From an uncultured Pseudomonadales bacterium (lineage in GTDB: Bacteria > Patescibacteriota > Microgenomatia > UBA1400 > CAYNMC01), in the NCBI GenBank assembly GCA_964414895.1, contig CAYPXO010000002.1:35211-99210 (forward strand): a stretch of DNA of 64,000 bases, given 5' to 3'. A program made the position numbers and the translations under genes. The notes beneath the pieces are model-generated. The model worked only from the letters and a program-made list of their open reading frames with translations. It ran no database searches and had not been told where the DNA came from. Shown here piece by piece: positions 55,664-64,000 of this stretch (positions are counted from its first letter, which is position 1; every line of letters starts with the position of its first letter).

Positions 55664-56827
55664 GTGAGAAAAAATTTTTTAATCTTTGGCCAGCCGAGAT
55701 TTTTTAAAGAAGAGCTAACGGGAATCTTGGAAACGCTGCGCTCCGGTTGGTGGGGAACCGGACCAAAAACACAAAAATTCCAAAAACTTTTTGCTAAATA
55801 TACTAAAGCCAAATACGCTCTGGGTTTAAATTCCTGCACTGCCGCTTTAGAGCTGGCCTTGGATGTTTTAAAGATTGGCCCTGGCGATGAGGTTATCACC
55901 ACTCCAATTACTTTTGTTTCTACTGTTAATGTTATTGTCCACCGTGGTGCCAAACCGGTTTTTGCTGACATCAATCCTTCTACTTGGAACATCAATCCCC
56001 GTAAGATTGAAAAAAAGATAACCAAAAAAACCAAAGCAATTATCCCCGTTCATCTCCATGGCCGACCATGTCAAATGGATGAAATCTTAAAACTTGCCAA
56101 AAAACATAAGCTCTTTGTCGTTGAAGACGCTGCCCATGCACTGGAGGCTTGGCATAAAGGTAAAAAAATCGGCTCAATTTCCGATTTTACCGCTTTTTCT
56201 TTTTATGTCACCAAAAATCTGGCTACCGGCGAAGGCGGGATGTTAACGACCAACAATAAAACTTGGTTTAGGCAAGCAACCATAAAAAGCCTGCACGGCA
56301 TTTCTGCCGATGCCTGGAAAAGATATTCGGCCAGCGGCTTTAAACCTTATGAAGCCGTTTATGCCGGCTATAAATTCAACATGACTGATCTGCAGGCCTC
56401 TTTGGGTATTCCTCAGCTTAAAAGAGTCAACAAAAACTTAAAAATTCGCCAAAAGTATTGGCAAGTTTATATGCGAGCTTTTGAAAACCTAAAGGAAATT
56501 AGCTTGCCAGCGCCGATAGAAAAAAATACCATCCATGGTATGCACATCTTCGCTATTTTATTGAACCTAAAAAGACTAAAAATCAACCGTAATCAATTTA
56601 TAGAAGCTCTGCAAAAAGAAAACATTGGCGCCGGTATCCACTTTACTGCCGTGCATCTGCACAAGTTTTACCGGCAAAGATTTGGTTTTAAAAAAGGAGT
56701 TCTACCGGTTGCCGAAAGGATCGGCAACCGCCTTGTTTCCCTCCCCTTCTACCCCCACATGACTAAAAAAGATCTAAACGATGTTATCGCTGCTGTTCAT
56801 AAAATCATCCGTCTTTATAAAAAGTAA
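55664..56827 (+). CDS. ArnB-like UDP-4-amino-sugar aminotransferase (DegT family)
   Basis: IFGQPRFFKEELTGILETLRSGWWGTGPKTQKFQKLFAKYT...NSCTAALELAL...GDEVITTPITFVSTVN aligns closely with ArnB/perosamine synthase N-termini. Confidence 0.8.
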   Translation: MRKNFLIFGQPRFFKEELTGILETLRSGWWGTGPKTQKFQKLFAKYTKAKYALGLNSCTAALELALDVLKIGPGDEVITTPITFVSTVNVIVHRGAKPVFADINPSTWNINPRKIEKKITKKTKAIIPVHLHGRPCQMDEILKLAKKHKLFVVEDAAHALEAWHKGKKIGSISDFTAFSFYVTKNLATGEGGMLTTNNKTWFRQATIKSLHGISADAWKRYSASGFKPYEAVYAGYKFNMTDLQASLGIPQLKRVNKNLKIRQKYWQVYMRAFENLKEISLPAPIEKNTIHGMHIFAILLNLKRLKINRNQFIEALQKENIGAGIHFTAVHLHKFYRQRFGFKKGVLPVAERIGNRLVSLPFYPHMTKKDLNDVIAAVHKIIRLYKK

Positions 56828-56883
56828 TAAAAATACCTAGCTGTCTCGGCTTTAACACCTCCCAAGTGATAAAGCCTGAACAC

Positions 56884-58662
56884 CTAGGAAGTTTTTTTAA
56901 AGATCAAAAAAGCAAGGCAAGAAAAAGCAGCAATGGAAAGCAAGTCGGCAAATAAACGCAACTTTGTCTCTCCAAATTTCAACTTAACTTGAAATTCTCC
57001 TGCCGGTGCAGAAAACAAAACCAAACCTTTGGATTTTTTAAAGTCCTTTAGATTTTCTTTTACTTCTTCCGTTAATTCTCTTCCATCAACAAACAACCGC
57101 CAGCCAGGATAATAATAGTTGTGAATCAAAATTTCTGATTTTTGTCTGCAAGCAAGATTAAAAGAAATTAAATTGCTTTTTTGTAAAAGTTTTTCCACTC
57201 GGCAATCACCCTGGTTAATTTCAACTTTTTGCTCTGGCGGTAGCTGGTATGGTTTTTTTCTTGCCCAGCGAGGAATATATTCATTCCAACCGCTGCCTAC
57301 CCAATAATAAGTCTTAAAATAGTTATCCGGATAGTCAATGGTGTCATTAATACGCAAATGATTGCGATTACCATAAAAAGCAAGAATTAAAAGCATCATA
57401 GAAGCAAAAATTAAAAACTTTCTCTCTTTTAAATTAGCAATCAGCCAACCAGACAAAAAAGCGGCTGTAAAAACGGAAAGAGCCAAAAAGCGCCAAGGAG
57501 TATCTACCTTTTGTAGTGGAGAAAAAAGAACCCAAATCGGCTTGGAAATCTCAAGCATTAAAAAGATTGAAAGAAAAAAATTAAAGAGAAGAATAATAAT
57601 AAGGCTTAAGTTTTTTCGCTTATTTTTCTTTTTTATTATAAAGTATATATAGTATACAGGAGTACACTTAATAATAAGAAAAATGCTTAGAAAAACTGCT
57701 AGCCATTGGGCAATTCCAATTCTTAAGGTCAGATCATTACCAAAGCCCGGCGCTCCATAGCCCCAAGGCGAATAGAGGAGTTTTTTAAAAGAAACAAATT
57801 GGTCATAATTGGCAGAAACAATCTCTGTGTAGTAAGTGTAAGCAGCTTCCCAAACGGCAGGGATTAAATAAAAACTACAAATTCCCACCGCCAGCAAAAT
57901 GGCAACCAGCCACCGTTTTATTATCCTTTTTTTCTTTTTTGAATAACTAACTAGCCAAAAAGAGAATAAAAACCAAAGAGGAAAGAAAATAACCAAAGTT
58001 ATCAAATGAGAAAGAATCAAACCAGCCAAAGCAAAAACAAGAGCGACAAAATTTTTCTTTGTCGATTTTTTGGAAAACCGAAAGACAAAAAGAAAAACTA
58101 AAGGAACAAAAGCAAAGCCAACTGCTTCCCCTAGAGAGGCAGTCACAAAAATCTTGACAAAGCGATAAGGAGCCCAAGACCAAAGAATGCTAGAGACAAA
58201 AGCGGCCCAACTGTTCTTAAAAAGCTCTCTTGCCAAAAAATACATTCCCAAAGCAGAAGTAAAATAGGAAAAAACAATAACCAGCTTAACCGATTCGGCC
58301 AAATTAAAACCAGCAAAATGAAAGCCTTCGGCCAGCCAGTAAGGCAAAGGATAGGCAAAAATAAAAACCGGGTAACCTCTAGTGCCGGAAAACTGGCCGG
58401 CCCAGCGAGGAGGAAACTGGCCTTCTTTTAAAATACGATCAAATTCATAAAGCCTGGCCAGGTGTGACTGTCCATCATGGGAAGTATAAAATTTCGGCCC
58501 CCAAAGATCTTTAAGAGCAAAAAGAGATATAACAAAAATTGCAACAATCAACAATAAATTTATTCCTTTTTTCACTTTTTTAAGGTATAGATAAAACAAA
58601 TAATAATTATTGTTCGAGCCCTGCCTGCCGGACGGGCAGGCAGGCAGGCGTGTCGAGAACAT
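56884..58662 (-). CDS. Large polytopic membrane protein, GT-C-like (YfhO/ArnT-like); the N-terminus reads through a class II element
   Basis: More than 12 TM helices, HDGQSHLARLYEFDR motif; the first ~20 codons (MFSTRLPACPSGRQGS) are element sequence. Confidence 0.4.
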   Translation of the reverse strand: MFSTRLPACPSGRQGSNNNYYLFYLYLKKVKKGINLLLIVAIFVISLFALKDLWGPKFYTSHDGQSHLARLYEFDRILKEGQFPPRWAGQFSGTRGYPVFIFAYPLPYWLAEGFHFAGFNLAESVKLVIVFSYFTSALGMYFLARELFKNSWAAFVSSILWSWAPYRFVKIFVTASLGEAVGFAFVPLVFLFVFRFSKKSTKKNFVALVFALAGLILSHLITLVIFFPLWFLFSFWLVSYSKKKKRIIKRWLVAILLAVGICSFYLIPAVWEAAYTYYTEIVSANYDQFVSFKKLLYSPWGYGAPGFGNDLTLRIGIAQWLAVFLSIFLIIKCTPVYYIYFIIKKKNKRKNLSLIIILLFNFFLSIFLMLEISKPIWVLFSPLQKVDTPWRFLALSVFTAAFLSGWLIANLKERKFLIFASMMLLILAFYGNRNHLRINDTIDYPDNYFKTYYWVGSGWNEYIPRWARKKPYQLPPEQKVEINQGDCRVEKLLQKSNLISFNLACRQKSEILIHNYYYPGWRLFVDGRELTEEVKENLKDFKKSKGLVLFSAPAGEFQVKLKFGETKLRLFADLLSIAAFSCLAFLIFKKTS

Positions 58663-58696
58663 CGGAATTTGAACTTCCCGATTTCACTCGAAGAGT
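58608..58696. repeat. Class II GC-rich TIR element, copy 5
   Basis: TTATTGTTCGAGCC-CTGCCTGCCGGACGGGCAGGCAGG-CGTGTCGAGAAC...CACTCGAAGAGTAAAA. Confidence 0.7.
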
Positions 58697-58715
58697 AAAA
58701 TTCTATTAGTCTTGT

Positions 58716-60167
58716 CTATAGATAAAAATAACTATACATTGTCCAAAAGCCAACTGCATTAAGAGCTATGCTTCCGGCTATTAAAAACAAGCTCAAGATT
58801 TTCTCAAATTTTTCCGGCACCAAAGTTTTCAATCCCAAAAGCAAAAGAGCCATTTGGGCCGTAATTATAGGAATAAAGTAGCGGCCTTGCAAACCAAAAG
58901 CTTTGCCGGTATCAACAAAAACTTTAAAATCATTGAAAACAAGTCCCAAAAAATATATCAAAATTGTTGCCAGTAAAAAAACTGCCGATCGGAATTGAAA
59001 AGTTTTTCTTCTCTTAAAATATAAATAAAACCATCTTGCCAAGCCAATTATGCCTAATCCGCAAATTATCTTTAAAATCCGGTAAACTACCAAAGGCATT
59101 GTTACCTCCAGCCAGCCAAAAACTCCCCAATACCAAGGAAAAAGATTGTTTAAATAAAACTCTTTAGTGGAAGAAAAATAACTGCTTATTTGTTTAAAAA
59201 CTTGGCCATTTCTAATTTGAGAGAAGAAAAAAGAAAAAAGATCCAGATATTGACCAAAAGCCACCTGAAACCTTAACCGATTTAAAAAAGCAGGACATCG
59301 CCCTTGTTTTACTACCATTCTTTCTAAAATTCCAAAGAAAAAATAAGCAATTATCAAAATAGTAAAAAAGGTTACTAAAGTCACCAAAACCCCTCTCTTT
59401 GCTTTTTTTCTCCAAAGCAAGGGAAAAATAAAAAGGAAAATCAAAAATTGAGGTTTGACAAAAAGGCCAAAAATAATTGTCAAAAAAGCAAAAAAAAGCA
59501 GTTCTTTTTTTTCTTCTTTAATAACTTTTAAACCAAAATATATAAAAACTGTTGCTAAAAAAATCAGCAAAACATCGTTATTTATGCTGGCGGTCATAAA
59601 AGAAAAGCTTGGCTGAAAAGCAACCAAAGTGGCAAGAGAAATAGCCATTAATTTGCCCTTTTCACCAAACAACAAAATCCCAATCCTGTAAGCAAGAAAA
59701 ACAGTAAATAAGGAAATTAATAAAGAAAAAAACCTGACCGTAAAAAAGCGATACAAAAAATTAGCCAAATAAAAAAACCTATAAAAACAAGCAGCCAAAG
59801 AATAATAGAGAGGTGGGTTTTTATAACTTCTGCTGATTCCTGATGGAAGAGAAGTTTTGGGAATAAACTCTTTTCTGTCATTAAAAGGAATCTCTTCTAT
59901 TTTCTCCTGCCAGTTTTCTTGATATTCCTGCCAAACAGGATGGCTTTTCCCCCAATTGAAATTCAAAATTCGAGCCACTTTCAAAAGCTCGCTGGAAACA
60001 ATCTTAACATTTCTTGGATCGCTGCGGTTTCCTGTTTCTGCAACCCTCTGAACATAAGCAAAATGGTTGGCTTCATCAGGTGACTGAAAAATTGGAATGG
60101 CAAACAGCCATAAAAAGCTTTTAATAATAATCAAAGCAGCAATGAAATACACTAGATTATTTCTCAT
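58716..60167 (-). CDS. Polytopic membrane protein with PDE..HF N-terminal motif (GT-C/DUF2142-like), paralog 1
   Basis: IPIFQSPDEANHFAYVQRVAE; about 12 TM helices; paralogous to 60241-61896. Confidence 0.4.
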   Translation of the reverse strand: MRNNLVYFIAALIIIKSFLWLFAIPIFQSPDEANHFAYVQRVAETGNRSDPRNVKIVSSELLKVARILNFNWGKSHPVWQEYQENWQEKIEEIPFNDRKEFIPKTSLPSGISRSYKNPPLYYSLAACFYRFFYLANFLYRFFTVRFFSLLISLFTVFLAYRIGILLFGEKGKLMAISLATLVAFQPSFSFMTASINNDVLLIFLATVFIYFGLKVIKEEKKELLFFAFLTIIFGLFVKPQFLIFLFIFPLLWRKKAKRGVLVTLVTFFTILIIAYFFFGILERMVVKQGRCPAFLNRLRFQVAFGQYLDLFSFFFSQIRNGQVFKQISSYFSSTKEFYLNNLFPWYWGVFGWLEVTMPLVVYRILKIICGLGIIGLARWFYLYFKRRKTFQFRSAVFLLATILIYFLGLVFNDFKVFVDTGKAFGLQGRYFIPIITAQMALLLLGLKTLVPEKFEKILSLFLIAGSIALNAVGFWTMYSYFYL

Positions 60168-60180
60168 TTCCTTCTTTTCT

Positions 60181-60291
60181 CGTCATTCTGAGTCCCACAT
60201 TTTGCGGGACGAAGAATCCCCTTCGGAATTATTCAGACTTCTAGGGAGATCCTTCGCTCCGCTCAGGATGACATAGAATTTCAGAATGACA
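60181..60291. repeat. Class I-family element, copy F (variant internal hairpins)
   Basis: CGTCATTCTGAGtcccacattttGCGGGACGAAGAATCCCCttcgg...CTCAGGATGACAtagaatttCAGAATGACA; overlaps the stop of 60241-61896. Confidence 0.65.
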
Positions 60292-61896
60292 TGAAATTGC
60301 ACAAAATCTTACTAGCTTAAATATAAAAACCAATAAGGCCAATAAATAAACAGCCAATAGAACCACCAAGTAATATCCCTTAGCAAACCAGGGCTTATAT
60401 TGACTGGCTTGAATGATAAACTTTCTAAAATTTGACAGATCATAATAAGAGCCGATCACCCAAAAAAAGGCAAAAGAGTTTATAAAAATAAACCATAAAC
60501 AGAGCGAAAAGCGAAAAGCGAAAAGCGAAAAGCGAATTATTTTTTTATTTATTTTTAAAACTCTCCTTATTATTCTCACAATCAAAGCCCAAAAAGTTTC
60601 CAAACCTACAACTAATAAAATTATATGAGGAATAATTACTGGAAAATAATACCTGCCTTGAATTCCAAAAGAAAAACCATGAGCTCGAAAAAAACACCAA
60701 TCCCAAACAAAAAGAGCAAAGAAATAAACTAAAGCAGTGTAAAAAATAAAAAGTAAAAGCAAATTTTGTCTATTAAACCGCCTGTTTTTTGCTAATAAAA
60801 ACTTTATTAATAACCCGACAAGCCCAGCGGCCAAAAGACGCATCAAAACTCGGTTGATCCACCTTGGTAAAACTAAAGACAGCCAACGAAAGACTCCCCA
60901 ATACCAGGGAATCACTTCTTTTATTGTATGCCTCACCGTCCAGCCAAAGTGCTTCCAAATACTATAATTCTTGAGTGAAGGCAAAACATTATAATCAAAA
61001 TAAGGAAGTTCTCCGGAGAATATAGATTTAACCAAAGCGTATATCAAACCCTCCCTAAACTTCACAATTATCAATACAAAAATAAGTAAAAATAATAACT
61101 TCAAAAACAATCTACGCCTATAAAGAACTAAAAATATAACTGGCACTAAAATAATAGCAAGTCCTACAAGAAAATTATGCTTTGTAAAAGAACCAAAAAT
61201 GAAACAAGTTAGCAATAAAGATAAATTAACTAAATTAGGTTTTGCCATCAATAAAATTGAAAAACAAATCAAGCCACTGAAAAACAAATTTAAAATGTTG
61301 TCTATGGAAACTCCAGAACTTACAAAAGTAAACATCGGATGAAAAGAAACTAATAAAGGAACAGTAAGTTGATATTCTACTTTGCTGGGAAAAATTTCTT
61401 TAGCAATCAAAAAAGATAAATAAACCATCAAAACAATAGAGAAAAGCCAAAAAATTCTTATCACAAAAACCCGAACAAACAAATTCTCATAATAAAATAA
61501 TTTATAAACCAATCCGGAAATTTTATAAAAAAAAGAATTATAAGCTGCTGCTTCTTTCCCGACAAAGTCCTTCCGGGTCGAAAGAGGAACATTTTTAATT
61601 TCCTCTTCTCTTAATCCAAAGGAATCATCCGAATATCCAATATTGAACTCTGGATGATAAGTAAATTTATTATTACCCCCGCCGTCCCGTTTAGTTCCCA
61701 GGATTTTTTCAGAAAGCAAAATTTCCTCAGAAAGATTCAAGCCCTGCCCAATTGATTCACCTCCTTCGGCTAAATACTCTACATGGGCAAAATGAGCCTG
61801 TTCGTCAGGAAAATGCCAAAGAGGAATAAAAAAAGACCAAACTAAACCTTTTAAAAAAGTAATTGCAATAATTAAAAATAGTAATCGTTTCATCAT
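60241..61896 (-). CDS. Polytopic membrane protein with PDE..HF motif (GT-C/DUF2142-like), paralog 2
   Basis: IPLWHFPDEQAHFAHVEYLAE; the C-terminal residues (HSEILCHPERSEGSP) are translated from class I element F; carries a (GCGAAAA)4 array. Confidence 0.4.
   Translation of the reverse strand: MMKRLLFLIIAITFLKGLVWSFFIPLWHFPDEQAHFAHVEYLAEGGESIGQGLNLSEEILLSEKILGTKRDGGGNNKFTYHPEFNIGYSDDSFGLREEEIKNVPLSTRKDFVGKEAAAYNSFFYKISGLVYKLFYYENLFVRVFVIRIFWLFSIVLMVYLSFLIAKEIFPSKVEYQLTVPLLVSFHPMFTFVSSGVSIDNILNLFFSGLICFSILLMAKPNLVNLSLLLTCFIFGSFTKHNFLVGLAIILVPVIFLVLYRRRLFLKLLFLLIFVLIIVKFREGLIYALVKSIFSGELPYFDYNVLPSLKNYSIWKHFGWTVRHTIKEVIPWYWGVFRWLSLVLPRWINRVLMRLLAAGLVGLLIKFLLAKNRRFNRQNLLLLFIFYTALVYFFALFVWDWCFFRAHGFSFGIQGRYYFPVIIPHIILLVVGLETFWALIVRIIRRVLKINKKIIRFSLFAFRFSLCLWFIFINSFAFFWVIGSYYDLSNFRKFIIQASQYKPWFAKGYYLVVLLAVYLLALLVFIFKLVRFCAISCHSEILCHPERSEGSP
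60504..60538. repeat. Heptanucleotide tandem array (GCGAAAA)x4.5
   Basis: gcgaaaagcgaaaagcgaaaagcgaaaagcgaatt; encodes FAFRFSLC in frame. Confidence 0.8.
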
Positions 61897-61982
61897 TAAT
61901 CTACCCTTGTTATGAAATTATACTTTAACTTCTTCTTAAAAGTATATTTACACAAGTTTTGCACTTTAACTGAACAAGACTC

Positions 61983-62080
61983 TGTCATCCTGGGAGATCA
62001 GGCACAGCCTGAAACTGATAGGATCTCTTGAGAGATCCTATCGTTCCTCCGCCAGCTGGCGAACTCACTCCAGAATGACA
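61983..62080. repeat. Class I-family element, copy G (variant internal hairpins)
   Basis: TGTCATCCTGGGAG...AGGATCTCTtgagAGAGATCCT...GCCAGCTGGC...CTCCAGAATGACA. Confidence 0.65.
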
Positions 62081-62114
62081 CGGAACTGCGAAACTCGTAA
62101 TTTATATTCAGTCT

Positions 62115-62290
62115 TGACAGATTGTGTAATAAGTGTTCAGACTTTAGGAATAAAAATCAAGTTGTAGTGGTGCCATTTATAGCACCCTAAATTATTTAAG
62201 GTGTGATAAATCACACCACTACATTTTTTTATCATAGATAAATGAAAAAAACTCTTCCTATAGTCTGAACAGTTACATTGTGTAATCTTT
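62115..62290. repeat. IR-flanked structured element upstream of the rfbF remnant
   Basis: Inverted copies of A.STGTTCAGACT.TA at 62131-62146 and 62259-62274; direct ATTGTGTAAT at 62119 and 62276. The centre is a compound hairpin GTAGTG-GTGCcatttataGCAC-...-GTGTGATaaATCACAC-CACTAC. Confidence 0.5.
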
Positions 62291-62356
62291 CTGGAAAAGT
62301 AGAAAAAGCGGTGCTAAAATTAAACTGTCTAAGAATACTTAACAAGAAGCTTCTAA

Positions 62357-62521
62357 ATGAAAAAAAAATTAAAAGTCGTTATTTTGGCCGGTGGGCTTGG
62401 TACGAGACTTGAAAAAGAAACTGTTGTGACTCCCAAACCAATGGTGGTGATTGGGCAATATCCAATACTGTTCCATACAATAGAAGTCTATTCTCATTTT
62501 GAGTTCAATGTCTTTCAGTAA
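62357..62521 (+). pseudogene. rfbF: N-terminal remnant of glucose-1-phosphate cytidylyltransferase (rfbF-like), 54 codons
   Basis: MKKKLKVVILAGGLGTRLEKETVVTPKPMVVIGQYPILFHTIEVYSHF matches the RfbF/DdhA N-terminus (about 257 aa when full length), then an immediate stop. Confidence 0.6.
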
Positions 62522-62616
62522 AAAAAGTCAAAAAATCTTGGAGTGGAAACTTAAATTTCTGTCAGTTGAAGGATTTAAGAAAACGGTAACTTGTTATAAA
62601 AATTAATTGAGAATCC

Positions 62617-63339
62617 ATGTTGCTAAATAATCATTGTATAAATATTAGAAGAAATGTTCTCCGTCTAAGTTATAAATATCATTGGGGACATATCGGTTCA
62701 GCTTTATCATGCGTAGATATTTTAATGGTTCTTTACTTTAAAGTGATGAAAAAAACCGATCGTTTTATTCTCTCAAAAGGCCACGCCGCTATGACCTTAT
62801 ATTCTATACTATTAGAAAAAGGGCAATTAACAAAGAAAGAAATCGCTAAATTAGGAGAACATCCTGATAAAAATGAAAAATTAGGTATTTGGTGTTCTAC
62901 CGGTAGTCTTGGACATGGTTTACCAATTGGTTTAGGGATGGCCTTGGCGGGGAGAAAAACTTTTGTTTTGTTATCTGATGGAGAATTTGATGAAGGTTCA
63001 AATTGGGAAGCAATAAAAATTGCCTCGGGTCATAAAATAGATATTACTGCTATTATTGACTTTAATGACTTGCAGGCTTATCGCAAACTACCTTATGGGG
63101 CTCAAATTTTAGCCAAGAGGCTTAAATCTTTTGGTTGGAAAGCACAAATCATTGATGGTCATAATTATTCTGCGATCATTAAAGCCTTAAAATTTAAACA
63201 TAAAAATACTCCTTATGCAATTATTGCTAAAACAATAAAGGGAAAAGGTATTGCTTTTTTAGAAAATCAACTGGAAAGTCATTATCTTAAACTCAATCAT
63301 AATTCTTTAAAAGAAGCGTTAAATTTTCTAACTTCTTAA
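62617..63339 (+). CDS. Transketolase, N-terminal (TPP-binding) subunit
   Basis: HIGSALSCVDIL...LSKGHAAMTLYSIL...GSLGHGLPIGLGMA. Confidence 0.8.
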   Translation: MLLNNHCINIRRNVLRLSYKYHWGHIGSALSCVDILMVLYFKVMKKTDRFILSKGHAAMTLYSILLEKGQLTKKEIAKLGEHPDKNEKLGIWCSTGSLGHGLPIGLGMALAGRKTFVLLSDGEFDEGSNWEAIKIASGHKIDITAIIDFNDLQAYRKLPYGAQILAKRLKSFGWKAQIIDGHNYSAIIKALKFKHKNTPYAIIAKTIKGKGIAFLENQLESHYLKLNHNSLKEALNFLTS

Positions 63340-63341
63340 GT

Positions 63342-63842
63342 ATGCGTCAGACATTTGCTAAATCTTTACATCAGGCAATGAAAAAAGATAACCGAATTTA
63401 TCTACTAGTTGGTGATCTAGGTTGGGGTATATTTGATCAAATAAAAAAGCAATTCTCAGATAAACTTAAAGATAAGAAAAGAGCTCGTTTTATAAACTGC
63501 GGTGTGGCAGAACAAGCAATGGTGGGAATGGCAGTAGGATTGGCTTCGGTTGGTAAAATACCTTTTGTCTATTCCATAAGCTCTTTTTTAATTTATCGCG
63601 CTTATGAGTTTATTAGAAATGACGTTGGTCGAGATCAAGCAAATGTTAAGCTGATAGGCAGTGGGAGAAACCGGGAATATGGCAATCAAGGATTTACTCA
63701 CTGGTGTACTGATGATAAGGAAATTATGGCAAAATGTAATATAAGGGTTTTTTATCCTGACAAAAAAGAAGAGATTCCTCTTATTCTAAAGTTAATGATA
63801 ACAAATAAAAAACCAGCCTATTTGAATCTGTCCCGTGGCTAA
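63342..63842 (+). CDS. Transketolase, C-terminal (pyrimidine-binding) subunit, unusually short
   Basis: IYLLVGDLGWG...FINCGVAEQAMVGMAVGLA; 166 aa versus about 300 typical (no C-terminal domain). Confidence 0.6.
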   Translation: MRQTFAKSLHQAMKKDNRIYLLVGDLGWGIFDQIKKQFSDKLKDKKRARFINCGVAEQAMVGMAVGLASVGKIPFVYSISSFLIYRAYEFIRNDVGRDQANVKLIGSGRNREYGNQGFTHWCTDDKEIMAKCNIRVFYPDKKEEIPLILKLMITNKKPAYLNLSRG

Positions 63843-64000
63843 ATAATTTTAAAGAAGACACTAATCTTTTTCTACATCAAAAAGATTAGTTTATTGTTAT
63901 TAACCAAAATTGCAAGTCAAAATTTGTACAGAAGAAGGAGAAAGGCCTTTTCAAATATGAAATCTAAAAATATTATCAGGGTTAATTGTTCCCAATGTGG

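Noticed and set aside
33757-60538. CRISPR array interpretation of the short tandem repeats
   Set aside because: Units are 7 bp with no spacers, the arrays are 30-40 bp and lie inside coding sequence, which is incompatible with CRISPR architecture.

Overview
The window is AT-rich bacterial chromosome with compact gene spacing. From ~925 to ~49,600 every gene lies on the minus strand. The gene content (reduced Gram-positive-type cell envelope, no lipid A genes, heavy surface-glycosylation load) looks like a CPR/Patescibacteria-like or similarly reduced bacterium; that placement is inference from gene content only.

Part A (1-23,900) holds the 5' portion of ileS running off the window start, then an IS200-like Y1/REP-associated tyrosine transposase (RAYT) flanked by inverted GC-rich repeats. 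After that comes a complete but atypically composed division/cell-wall (dcw) cluster read high to low: mraZ, rsmH, ftsL, ftsI, a Mur ligase (murE/murD-like), a GlmU-like nucleotidyltransferase, pgeF, murC, murB, murA, an alpha/beta hydrolase, murF with an N-terminal multi-TM extension, a DegT aminotransferase, FemAB, dgkA, mraY, ftsW, murG, ftsQ, ftsA, ftsZ. A sigma70-like promoter, a MraZ-box-like direct repeat and an upstream terminator can be read directly.

Part B (24,000-30,400) holds a divergent Glu/Leu/Phe/Val-dehydrogenase-like protein, a secreted hypothetical, glyQS, a short recO-like gene and a large DUF4012-like membrane-anchored protein.

Part C (30,400-62,000) is a ~31-kb surface-glycan island. 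It starts with a small initiating phosphoglycosyl transferase and a manC-like gene. It then carries about six GT4 and six GT2 glycosyltransferases, two LbH acetyltransferases, a Wzx flippase, an O-antigen-ligase-like protein and a methyltransferase. It also carries an Arn-like module (UDP-GlcA decarboxylase, ArnB-like aminotransferase, ArnC/DPM1-like GT2, ArnE/F-like small flippase) and six paralogous ArnT/PMT/YfhO-like GT-C membrane proteins. Part D (62,000-end) has an rfbF N-terminal remnant and split transketolase subunits.

The most unusual content is repeat architecture, all read directly from the sequence:
- Class I: an AT-rich nested-palindrome (REPIN-like) family with conserved TGTCATTCYKG/CMGRATGACA ends, present in 7 copies.
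- Class II: a GC-rich family of ~80-135 bp with TTATTSTTCGAGC/GCTCGAASAATAA inverted ends and internal GCCTGCCGGCAGGC palindromes, in 5 copies plus fragments. One 126-bp copy and one 48-bp fragment sit in frame inside pgeF, and a palindrome fragment sits in frame inside a GT4 gene.
- Class III: about 15 short heptanucleotide tandem arrays (GAAAATT, GACACTT, TAGCTGG, CAGCCAG, TAGTAGT, GCGAAAA, ATTCTTK and others, ~4-5 copies each). They are embedded in frame in coding sequences (murB, GT2/GT4/GT-C genes, a methyltransferase); identical (GAAAATT)4 arrays recur in three unrelated genes and (GACACTT)4 in two.

Taken together, the RAYT gene, the REPIN-like elements and these in-frame elements make a coherent story of palindromic-element proliferation into coding sequence, comparable to Rickettsia palindromic elements (the pairing of the RAYT with these families is an inference). 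The heptamer arrays in glycosylation genes could also act as phase-variation contingency repeats.
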